From a virus: a stretch of DNA of 64,000 nt. The position numbers and the translations under genes are program-made. The stretch lies in IMG/VR virus record IMGVR_UViG_3300045988_092720. The stretch is one strand, 5' to 3'. Shown here piece after piece: positions 56,351 to 64,000 of the stretch. The notes beneath the pieces were generated by a model. That model was not told the origin of the DNA. It was given only the letters and a program-made list of their open reading frames with translations, and ran no database searches. Position 1 is the stretch's first letter; each line of letters opens with the position of its first letter.

Positions 56351-56866
56351 ATGGCTAGAACAATATTTGGGATTTTTAATAACGTAATCCAATTAAAAAA
56401 GGAATTTGCATCTACGCATGGTTTAGCATTTGAGGCAATTATTCCTGTGGATGAATTGAAATTCATCGCAGATACTTATAATGTAAGTGCTAATTGCGTA
56501 TACTTAGCGTATAAATTATGGAAACAACCTACTTATTCCCCTAAAATTATACATGAGGTAGCTTCTAAAGCTGCTAAATTACCAGCTAAAGATAAAGTAT
56601 TTTTGTACAACTCATTAGTACCAGTGGCTGATATGGCGTTTGAAAATCTCCCTCATAATTGGGATATATGCCGAGGTAAAATGGCAACAAGTGTGTTACA
56701 AGATAGTATGGAATTAGGTGTATTCGACATTGCAGATGACTATTTCTTTCACGATAAAGACTTTGGTTTTTTGTCGTTCAATGAAATTCGTAATGTAGAA
56801 CTCGCTGGTGCTATTGAAATGTGGTTATGGGAACAGACACAAGGAGGTAAACGTGGAGCTAATTAA
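56351..56866 (+). CDS. Hypothetical protein.
   Basis: 171 aa from MARTIFGIF. GAAAGGTGG RBS. Confidence 0.45.
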   Translation: MARTIFGIFNNVIQLKKEFASTHGLAFEAIIPVDELKFIADTYNVSANCVYLAYKLWKQPTYSPKIIHEVASKAAKLPAKDKVFLYNSLVPVADMAFENLPHNWDICRGKMATSVLQDSMELGVFDIADDYFFHDKDFGFLSFNEIRNVELAGAIEMWLWEQTQGGKRGAN

Positions 56867-57182
56867 TAAAACTCCGCATGATATCACTATCCTTAATGAA
56901 GATGGTGAAGTAGTGCGGATAATTGAACCTACAGGTGAGGCTTGGAGATTACAGGAAGAAGTCCATTTTTCCCATTATGAAGATGGAGTCCCTGTAACAG
57001 AAAGTAGATACACATGTATTAATTTACCTCCTGAAAAGGAGAATGTTGCATACATTGTATCCCAACTGTTTATAAACTCTTATCCTCACCGTAGGGATTT
57101 AAGAGTGCCTGCTCAAGTGATTAGAACAGGCAGTAATATTATGGGTTGTTTGTCACTAGGTAGATTACCGAAAGGAGAATAA
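56853..57182 (+). CDS. Hypothetical protein (GTG start, VELINKTPHD...).
   Basis: AGGAGG RBS 6 nt before the GTG. Confidence 0.4.
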   Translation: MELINKTPHDITILNEDGEVVRIIEPTGEAWRLQEEVHFSHYEDGVPVTESRYTCINLPPEKENVAYIVSQLFINSYPHRRDLRVPAQVIRTGSNIMGCLSLGRLPKGE

Positions 57183-57183
57183 A

Positions 57184-57969
57184 ATGGAAAACCTAGCTGT
57201 TACAGTTAATGCAGAAACTGGTTTTTCTGCATATATTGACACAGAAAATACTGTATGTTTCACTGAATTTAGTGGAACGAAATACTCCAAAGTTGACAGA
57301 TTTTCTGACATTTGCTCTAAAATAGAAAAGGGCAAATACCGTATTCATGCCACTAAGTTTTATCGCCCTGAAGTCCTGTTAGTGCGAACTGATATGGATG
57401 ACGAAGCTATTAAATACGGTGGGTTACCGTATCATGTAGGCTCTCAAACTTATGATATCGGCACAGTGCGTATTGGTCAAATTAATGGCGAAAAGTATGT
57501 ATCTATGATTGCCATTCCAAGAGCACAAGTAGCTAGTATTAAAAATAGTTTGAAGCGTTTTGGTACTGATTTACGAAGTATAGGATACTTTGGTGAGGGA
57601 TTATACCAAATAACTAAACGAAAAGCAAAACCTGATACGCCAATTGTAATTATTGCCGATGATGGTATTAGTTGCTTAGGTTTGGTATTCATTAATGGCT
57701 TATTATGTGCTGCTCGTTATTACAACGATGTGGAAATTAAATTAGGTTTTGTGGAACGCTTAGTTGCATCAACAACTTTAGCACAAGACTTATACAATCC
57801 ACAAGTTGCCTTGTTTACTCCTGAAAATAATGTCTGGACAAAAGCATTAAAAGGGGTAGAAATTGTAGATATTCGTCGCTATTATAGCAAAAATAAAGAA
57901 ATCACATCACCTTTGTTTTATAATAGTGTGGGCTTACTGTTTAAAAAAGGAGGAATTTTCAATGCCTAA
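57184..57969 (+). CDS. Hypothetical protein.
   Basis: 261 aa. Confidence 0.45.
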   Translation: MENLAVTVNAETGFSAYIDTENTVCFTEFSGTKYSKVDRFSDICSKIEKGKYRIHATKFYRPEVLLVRTDMDDEAIKYGGLPYHVGSQTYDIGTVRIGQINGEKYVSMIAIPRAQVASIKNSLKRFGTDLRSIGYFGEGLYQITKRKAKPDTPIVIIADDGISCLGLVFINGLLCAARYYNDVEIKLGFVERLVASTTLAQDLYNPQVALFTPENNVWTKALKGVEIVDIRRYYSKNKEITSPLFYNSVGLLFKKGGIFNA

Positions 57970-58177
57970 TTTTGAAGTAAAACGCCATTTCCGTGTAGTG
58001 TTTGCTAAACCTACACGTAGTCTTCGATACAGATTATGTCAAGTGGGACGCTCAGAAACTCTACCAAATGGTAATATTGCCATTTATGCAAATCCATTCT
58101 ACACAGACAGTGAGTTTCATCGTAAAGCATCCAATTTAGTTACAGTGGATAGAATTATGGAGGGTGATTTTCTATGA
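57962..58177 (+). CDS. Small basic protein (71 aa), first gene of the coupled cassette.
   Basis: AAAGGAGG RBS. Its stop overlaps the start of the amidoligase gene (ATGA). Confidence 0.45.
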   Translation: MPNFEVKRHFRVVFAKPTRSLRYRLCQVGRSETLPNGNIAIYANPFYTDSEFHRKASNLVTVDRIMEGDFL

Positions 58178-59901
58178 GATTAACTTTAGGACGTATTGTA
58201 GAACATAACAACCGTCGTTGGCGTGTTGTTGGTGATGGCTTCGACCATGAAGATAATTTTGGTTATATCCTAAATGATGGCGTTAATACAATCTTTGTTA
58301 AAGAGGAAGAACTGCAATACAAAACTGATTATAACATCAAGCCAGAAGATTGTCAACTTGTTAGATGCAATAATGGACGAACAGTTATTAACCATGGTGC
58401 TTTCTCGAACGACCATAAGCGATTACCATGGCGAATTGGCGATATTATTAAAGACCGTTATGGCAATATTCTTACTGTTGTCACTCGTGGCGATATAGTA
58501 TACTACTTCTGTGCTCGTATTGATAGCTACATTTATCAACTACCTGATGGTAATGATAATATTAAGCTAGGTACTAATGCTACCCATTGTGCTGTTACTG
58601 GTGAAGAACTAACAGATGCAATGGAAGTTCATACTAAATGTGGTGTGATTTATATAAATAAACGTAGTAAACCAGAATTCGTAAAACAATCCTGTTTAAG
58701 TGGGAACTGGTATGAACCACAATACTTCCATTTAGTATTAGGCAAGGATTATGAAAATCTCTACGTTGGGTTTGACGAACTGCACCTTGTTCCTAATAAT
58801 CCAGATTTGGCTATTTGTAATGTTACAAATATTCCATTTTATATTGAGGATGAAAGAGATATTGTAAAGAGCACAGGTATTCATCCAGTACTTGTAGACT
58901 CCTTAATGGTTACTTGTCCAGTATCTAATCTCTGTGGTTTAAAAAGAGAGATGTTGGTCGGATATATCCATGGTCAAGGTGCAACATTCTTCCATCCATC
59001 TATTAAAGACCAATTGGTATGTTATAATGGTACATATGGACGTTCTGAAGGTGACTTCTTTACCGTTGAAGATACTGGCGAGAAGTACAGCTATGCCGTA
59101 GCTGACCAATTCTTTAGAGCCAACAACGGTAAATACTATAGCTCTCAATCAGTAGCTCCAATGTTAGGTATTCACCCTTATAACTTTAAACCAGAGCCGA
59201 AATTCTTTGGTAAAGGCAAAAAGTTTATTGGTATTGAATTAGAATTCCATAGCTGTGGTGAAAGCGACCGTACTGCTGATAGAATTATTGGTCCAATGAA
59301 TAATATTATCTACGCTAAACATGATGGCTCTCTACACGATGGTATTGAGTTTGTAACACATCCATGTACTCCAGAATACCATCTAAATGATATGGACTGG
59401 AATAACTTTATCCAACGATTAGTTGATAATAATGGTGATGCAGGTTGTGGAGCTGGTATTCACATGCATGTAAATCGTAATTATTTTAAAGACGATTTGT
59501 GCATCGCTCGAATGGTACGTTTTATTGAAAATCACCATGACACAATTCTGCATATGTCCAATCGGACAGATAGCGACCGTAACTGGTGTGAAAAGTACAG
59601 ATACACTGTGAAAGAAATCAGAAGTATCTTTAGATACGCTCAAGGCTCTGGTGCTAAGTATAGAGCTCTAAATTTATGTCCTGCACATACAATTGAGTTC
59701 CGTATGTTTAGAAGCACTGTGAATGTTAATAGATTGAAAGCATATATCCAATTTGTTGATACTTTGACTAGCGTTGCTAATATGCAAAGTATTAAGTATA
59801 TTGGTTGGTCTCATATTCGTAGACAAGCTGAAAAGCGTGGATATACAGAATTAATTCAGCTATTAGACAGTAAAAATATTGGTAAAGTAAAGGAGAAATA
59901 A
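58174..59901 (+). CDS. Two-part protein: an N-terminal ~340-aa domain of unknown function plus a C-terminal glutamine-synthetase-fold amidoligase-like domain (Amidoligase_2-like).
   Basis: The C-terminal ~230 aa carry GS/GCS2-type blocks: FIGIELEFHSCGE (paired Glu) at nt ~59229-59246, HDGSLHDGIEFVTHP, and GAGIHMHVNRN (GlHvHV-type) at ~59451-59474, followed by ...TIEFRMFRST. Confidence 0.55.
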   Translation: MRLTLGRIVEHNNRRWRVVGDGFDHEDNFGYILNDGVNTIFVKEEELQYKTDYNIKPEDCQLVRCNNGRTVINHGAFSNDHKRLPWRIGDIIKDRYGNILTVVTRGDIVYYFCARIDSYIYQLPDGNDNIKLGTNATHCAVTGEELTDAMEVHTKCGVIYINKRSKPEFVKQSCLSGNWYEPQYFHLVLGKDYENLYVGFDELHLVPNNPDLAICNVTNIPFYIEDERDIVKSTGIHPVLVDSLMVTCPVSNLCGLKREMLVGYIHGQGATFFHPSIKDQLVCYNGTYGRSEGDFFTVEDTGEKYSYAVADQFFRANNGKYYSSQSVAPMLGIHPYNFKPEPKFFGKGKKFIGIELEFHSCGESDRTADRIIGPMNNIIYAKHDGSLHDGIEFVTHPCTPEYHLNDMDWNNFIQRLVDNNGDAGCGAGIHMHVNRNYFKDDLCIARMVRFIENHHDTILHMSNRTDSDRNWCEKYRYTVKEIRSIFRYAQGSGAKYRALNLCPAHTIEFRMFRSTVNVNRLKAYIQFVDTLTSVANMQSIKYIGWSHIRRQAEKRGYTELIQLLDSKNIGKVKEK

Positions 59902-59904
59902 AAT

Positions 59905-61020
59905 ATGTGTGTTATCGCTTATGCAAGTAAAGGTGTTGAAATTTCTGAAAAGGAGTTTCGCAACTGCTTTATAAATAACCCAGATGGGGCAGGGTTTATG
60001 ATTTATGACCCACAGAAGAAAAAGGTACATATCCGCAAAGGGTTTATGGACTTTGAAAGTTTTTGGTCTGCCGTTAAGGACCTACCTACGGATAAAGACC
60101 GTGTGTTTCATTTCCGTATCGCAACGTCTGGTAAGGTATCACCAGAATGTTGTCATCCTTTTATCCTAACAGATAATCTTGATGATATGCGTCAAACAGA
60201 TGTATACTCTGATATTGGTTTCTCCCATAATGGTGTAATGGCTGACTTCACTCCTACCGCAGCATTAAATGCACCTTATAGTGATACAATGCACTTTGGT
60301 GCTGAAATTTTATATCCTTTACGTTCTAAGTTATACGAAGAAAGCACTCAATATCTTTTGAAAAAAGCCATGGGTAACAATAAGTATGCTATCCTTGGTA
60401 AAAAGGGTGCCATTATTCTTGGTGCTTGGAATACATCCAAAGAAACAGGTGTTCAATACTCTAATACATCCTACGAAGAACGCAAGAAATACTATGATTA
60501 TGGTTCTTGTGGCAATTATGGATATGGTAGTTATAACAACTCCTATACATATTCTGTAGATGCAGATGCCGATGTTGATAAATTATCTGCCAAAATCAAA
60601 ACATATGGTGGTATTGTATCTTCTTGGTACTACGATACAGATAAAATTTACTTTACTGTAACAAAGTATTTGTATCCAACTAATTTCTCTGAGTACAATC
60701 TTCGTTATGTTGGTTTTGGTGCAGGTTATTCTATCCCAAAGAAAGAAAAGAAAGTCGAAACTACGTATACAATGATACGTTGTTCGGCTGGTAATGTTCC
60801 AATGAACCAAGAGAAAATCGAAATGATGATGCAATTCGTCGAAGATTGTGGTGGTTCTGTTTGGGATATGACAGAAAATACAGTATCGAAAGACATTGTA
60901 TTGTATGTTACCAATTTTAATGAACTTGAGGGTGTTGTACAAGGGGTTACATACGCTGCTTATGGCACCATCAAGGGTGTTTATGATGATGAAACAGGTA
61001 CTGTAAGGGTATCTGCCTAA
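59905..61020 (+). CDS. Ntn-hydrolase / class-II glutamine-amidotransferase-like protein (Cys-1 nucleophile) with a C-terminal domain of unknown function.
   Basis: Starts MCVIAYA (Met-Cys as in GATase-II/YafJ/EgtC). FHFRIATSGK matches the R-x-A-T-x-G block. Low-complexity Tyr/Gly/Ser/Asn segment at aa ~200-225. Confidence 0.55.
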   Translation: MCVIAYASKGVEISEKEFRNCFINNPDGAGFMIYDPQKKKVHIRKGFMDFESFWSAVKDLPTDKDRVFHFRIATSGKVSPECCHPFILTDNLDDMRQTDVYSDIGFSHNGVMADFTPTAALNAPYSDTMHFGAEILYPLRSKLYEESTQYLLKKAMGNNKYAILGKKGAIILGAWNTSKETGVQYSNTSYEERKKYYDYGSCGNYGYGSYNNSYTYSVDADADVDKLSAKIKTYGGIVSSWYYDTDKIYFTVTKYLYPTNFSEYNLRYVGFGAGYSIPKKEKKVETTYTMIRCSAGNVPMNQEKIEMMMQFVEDCGGSVWDMTENTVSKDIVLYVTNFNELEGVVQGVTYAAYGTIKGVYDDETGTVRVSA

Positions 61021-62207
61021 TGAAGTTATACCCATATCAAAGACAGGGGGTAAACAAGATGCTTAGTCAATCATCCATCTTCCTCTGTGATGATATGGGA
61101 CTAGGCAAAACAGCCCAAGTATGTACTGTCATCAAAGAAAGGAATAAGTTTCCAACTGTGGTTGTATGTCCTGCACCTCTTAAAGAAAACTGGAAAAGAG
61201 AGTTAAAAACATGGGCAAATATTTCTGTGAATACCGATGATTTGAGTAGCAAAGTAATAATTATTAATTATGAAATGCTTAATCACCACCTTTCCAAACT
61301 CAAACAATTAAATATTCAACAAGTGATATTTGATGAATGCCATGTATTAAAAACTCCCACTTCCCAGAGAACACAAGCGGCTCTTAAACTTGTAGAGGGT
61401 GTTCGTTATCGTATTATGATAACTGGTACACCAGTATTAAACAGACCTAAAGAGTTATTGTGTCAATTAGAGATTGCAGGACTTACATATAAACTAGGTG
61501 GCAAGCAGAAGTTTCTACAAGAGTATTGTGGTAACTATGCATCACCTTGGGGTTCATCTTATGATGGTCATTCCAATCTATCAAAGCTCAATGAAGCGAT
61601 GAAGAAAATTTGGATACGCCGTATTAAGAAAGAAGTCCAGAAACAATTACCTCCAAAAACTGTCCACATGGTTCCATGTTGTACTATATCTCAACCAGAA
61701 CCAACTTCGTTTGAGGAGATTGAAAAATACGATAGAGAAGCATTAAAGCAAAAACTTCCTTATTGTATTGAATATATTCGTAAAGTGTTAGAAAGAGGTG
61801 AGTCCCTTGTGGTGTTTGCACACCATCGTAATATAATTGATAAGTTGAAAAAGGAATTTCCTGATGCAAAAATCATTATCGGTGGTCAAACTAAAACAGA
61901 AAGACAAAAAAATATTGATAATTTTCAAAGTCACTCTAACTCGAATGCTAATTACAACCTTATACTGTGTTCTCTGCAAGCCAGTGCTGTAGGTATTACA
62001 CTTACTAATGCACATAAAGCGATATTTATTGAATATCCGTGGTCACCATCTCTTATGGCTCAAGCAGAGGACCGTATACACCGCATTGGTCAAACTCAAC
62101 CATGCGAAATTATTTATCTCTATGCTAAAGATAGTATAGATGAGTACCGATTACGTACTCAAAAAATCAAACAAACTATTATTACTCATACAATGAAAGA
62201 GGTATAA
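61020..62207 (+). CDS. Minimal SNF2-family ATPase / DNA translocase (395 aa).
   Basis: LYPYQRQGV start. Motif I DDMGLGKT. Motif II FDECHVLK. Motif III ITGTPVLN. Helicase-C motifs ...SLQASAVGITLT... and QAEDRIHRIGQ. Confidence 0.8.
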   Translation: MKLYPYQRQGVNKMLSQSSIFLCDDMGLGKTAQVCTVIKERNKFPTVVVCPAPLKENWKRELKTWANISVNTDDLSSKVIIINYEMLNHHLSKLKQLNIQQVIFDECHVLKTPTSQRTQAALKLVEGVRYRIMITGTPVLNRPKELLCQLEIAGLTYKLGGKQKFLQEYCGNYASPWGSSYDGHSNLSKLNEAMKKIWIRRIKKEVQKQLPPKTVHMVPCCTISQPEPTSFEEIEKYDREALKQKLPYCIEYIRKVLERGESLVVFAHHRNIIDKLKKEFPDAKIIIGGQTKTERQKNIDNFQSHSNSNANYNLILCSLQASAVGITLTNAHKAIFIEYPWSPSLMAQAEDRIHRIGQTQPCEIIYLYAKDSIDEYRLRTQKIKQTIITHTMKEV

Positions 62208-62209
62208 CT

Positions 62210-62752
62210 ATGACAACAGTAGCTCAAATGAATTTAATTATTACTAATTACGTTTCCGCTTTATCTGATAAAGAACAACTTCGTTTTATTGCTCAATCTT
62301 TGAAAACAACACAAGTATTCCCAGCTACTCCACTTGGTCTTTCCCGTGCAGTAACATTGTTCATGGATACTCAAGCACATAAAGATGAATTTAAAGCGAT
62401 TGCATTGCCAAAAATTACATTTGACGAAGCAACTGCTAAAAAATATTTGTTCTTGTCCAAATCTGGTGCGGTTCGCATTCGTGAACTTCAACAAATTGTT
62501 TCTTTAGCTATCCAAGCACGTACTAAAAAGTATGTTGAACGTGGTGCTGAAACATCCTACCTGTTAATTCAAGAATTAAAACGAATTGACCGTGAAATGG
62601 GTACTGAATTTTACGAGCACTACAAAATGACTAATCCAACTCCTGTTGTGATGGTCCAACCAACTGTAGAAACTACACCAGTAGAAGATGCACCAGTTAA
62701 TAATGAAGCAACTAATGTTGCCGAAACAGAAGCTGTAAATTCTGCTGAGTAA
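62210..62752 (+). CDS. Hypothetical protein, last gene of the cassette.
   Basis: 180 aa with a coupled start (taactATG). Acidic, Thr/Pro/Val-rich C-terminus. Confidence 0.45.
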   Translation: MTTVAQMNLIITNYVSALSDKEQLRFIAQSLKTTQVFPATPLGLSRAVTLFMDTQAHKDEFKAIALPKITFDEATAKKYLFLSKSGAVRIRELQQIVSLAIQARTKKYVERGAETSYLLIQELKRIDREMGTEFYEHYKMTNPTPVVMVQPTVETTPVEDAPVNNEATNVAETEAVNSAE

Positions 62753-62758
62753 TTCTAA

Positions 62759-62776
62759 GGGGAGCTTCGGCTCCCC
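62759..62776 (+). promoter_or_regulatory. Stable stem-loop with a UUCG tetraloop, lacking a U-tract.
   Basis: GGGGAGC-TTCG-GCTCCCC immediately after the cassette stop codon. Confidence 0.4.
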
Positions 62777-62808
62777 ACAAATAAGACTGAATATACAAGG
62801 AGAATACT

Positions 62809-63006
62809 ATGATTAATTCATTCGGAGAGTCTTGTAAGGTGCGTACATTATTATATAATACATCACGAAAATCAGTATATAAAGAATATGGAGCATATCC
62901 AGTACATAAAATAAACACAAGTATTTATTATGTATACGCCAGTAAATATAATGCTTATCCAACTAATATGCTTTTAGGCGTAAATGAGGTAGTAATTTAT
63001 GATTAA
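62809..63006 (+). CDS. Small hypothetical protein.
   Basis: 65 aa with an AAGGAG RBS. Confidence 0.4.
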   Translation: MINSFGESCKVRTLLYNTSRKSVYKEYGAYPVHKINTSIYYVYASKYNAYPTNMLLGVNEVVIYD

Positions 63007-63190
63007 AAATATTAATGAAATAATGGTGTTCGATAAAACGACATATATACCACGAATTATCCAAAGTAATAATCATTTTACCGCCACACCTTATGCATTA
63101 TTTACACGTAATTTATCTGTAGCATATAGACTTAAATATGGTGGAGAAATGTCGTACTCTGCATATTATGGAATAAGGAGAAGAAGATGA
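62999..63190 (+). CDS. Small hypothetical protein.
   Basis: 63 aa, coupled by overlap. Confidence 0.35.
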   Translation: MIKNINEIMVFDKTTYIPRIIQSNNHFTATPYALFTRNLSVAYRLKYGGEMSYSAYYGIRRRR

Positions 63191-63375
63191 TAAGGAATGG
63201 AGATGTTGTGGAAAGATATTATACTCATTATGATAAAATTAGAAGTAAGTTGGATTTTTCCCCTTTGCATGGTGTTGGTCTTCGAAATAATTGTTATGTA
63301 TATCATGCTATCTGTGATGCATATGCCACATATGAAGCCAATGCAACAACCAAAATAAAGAGGATGGGAAAATGA
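63187..63375 (+). CDS. Small hypothetical protein.
   Basis: 62 aa, coupled by overlap. Confidence 0.35.
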   Translation: MIRNGDVVERYYTHYDKIRSKLDFSPLHGVGLRNNCYVYHAICDAYATYEANATTKIKRMGK

Positions 63376-63587
63376 TACAAAATAAAATTTTACAAACATG
63401 GGTATTATTGTATATCCCAGATATTGAACGATATCAAAATAAATTCAATAGAGTTCCAGTATGTAATATTGGGTTAAGCCCCACAAGTATCTTTAAGGAT
63501 ATGTATAATTTTGATGGCGACATGCGTAGACATTCATATGCTATACGTGGTCATGAAGATGACAATGAGGTGACAATCTATGCTTAA
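63372..63587 (+). CDS. Small hypothetical protein.
   Basis: 71 aa, coupled by overlap. Confidence 0.35.
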   Translation: MIQNKILQTWVLLYIPDIERYQNKFNRVPVCNIGLSPTSIFKDMYNFDGDMRRHSYAIRGHEDDNEVTIYA

Positions 63588-63774
63588 TAGGGGTATTTAT
63601 ACAGAACTAACACTAGGAAATACATTCAGAGTCGCTCGCCGCCTGAATACATTTCACCCATCTGTAGTAGGTGCAAAGATTGGGTTGAGTTTAGTATCTG
63701 CTTTGGTAGAAAAATATAATAATAATATACTGTTTTATGAAATGGAGGTATTATGCTATGTTGAAAAAGATTGA
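63580..63774 (+). CDS. Small hypothetical protein.
   Basis: 64 aa. Confidence 0.3.
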   Translation: MLNRGIYTELTLGNTFRVARRLNTFHPSVVGAKIGLSLVSALVEKYNNNILFYEMEVLCYVEKD

Positions 63775-63928
63775 CAATATTGTGTATAAACTTTCTCCTT
63801 GGAGAAATATGTTTGACAAAGCTCATGCACAGTATAACTATACAGATTGTATGAGAGAAATGAAATTAATTGAAATGTACAGATGGAATTATAGCGAAAC
63901 ACCAGCATTCTATATTAGAAAGGTTTAA
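63737..63928 (+). CDS. Small hypothetical protein.
   Basis: 63 aa. Confidence 0.3.
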   Translation: MKWRYYAMLKKIDNIVYKLSPWRNMFDKAHAQYNYTDCMREMKLIEMYRWNYSETPAFYIRKV

Positions 63929-64000
63929 ATATGATGAACATACATAGAGCAATGCTATGTCTATTTATTGTGAGACACGAGCCTCATTTAGCATGTTTTA

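Overview
The window looks like about 64 kb of a large, low-GC tailed dsDNA phage or prophage, probably one infecting a Firmicutes-type host. It is gene-dense, with overlapping start/stop codons (ATGA/TAATG), AGGAGG-type RBSs and almost no host-like genes. The layout has four parts. (1) Positions 1-19.2 kb, minus strand: a DNA replication, recombination and nucleotide-metabolism module (metallophosphoesterase, dUTPase, SSB-like protein, ThyX, class-II-like ribonucleotide reductase, nuclease candidates, primase-helicase fusion, winged-helix protein, Rad52-like annealing protein, PHP-domain DNA pol III alpha-like polymerase). (2) Positions 19.4-20.7 kb: a leftward unit driven by three tandem near-consensus extended -10 sigma-A promoters. 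It encodes a 66-aa Cys-rich protein followed by about 830 nt with no ORFs, and ends at an intrinsic terminator. (3) Positions 20.7-52.0 kb, minus strand: the late morphogenesis and lysis module (large terminase, portal, scaffold, capsid, connectors, FN3/repeat tail fibre, collagen-like fibre, a structural protein with a C-terminal Hint domain, an SLT/lysozyme-like virion protein, a 2793-aa TMP-like protein carrying an HExxH motif, a T7-lysozyme-like amidase and a membrane protein). (4) Positions 52.0-64.0 kb, plus strand: a divergent control region with C-rich/G4-like and polypurine elements, a single gene flanked by two near-identical terminators, a roughly 1-kb AT-rich iteron/direct-repeat non-coding region, and an operon of small genes. 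That operon ends in a translationally coupled cassette: a small protein, a large protein with a C-terminal GS-fold amidoligase-like domain, an Ntn (Cys-1) class-II glutamine-amidotransferase-like protein, a minimal SNF2 ATPase and a 180-aa protein. The amidoligase-GATase-SNF2 cassette is the best candidate for a previously undescribed system. Coordinates follow the supplied ORF track, with some starts refined by RBS inspection. All functional calls come from motif recognition by eye and need HMM or structure confirmation.
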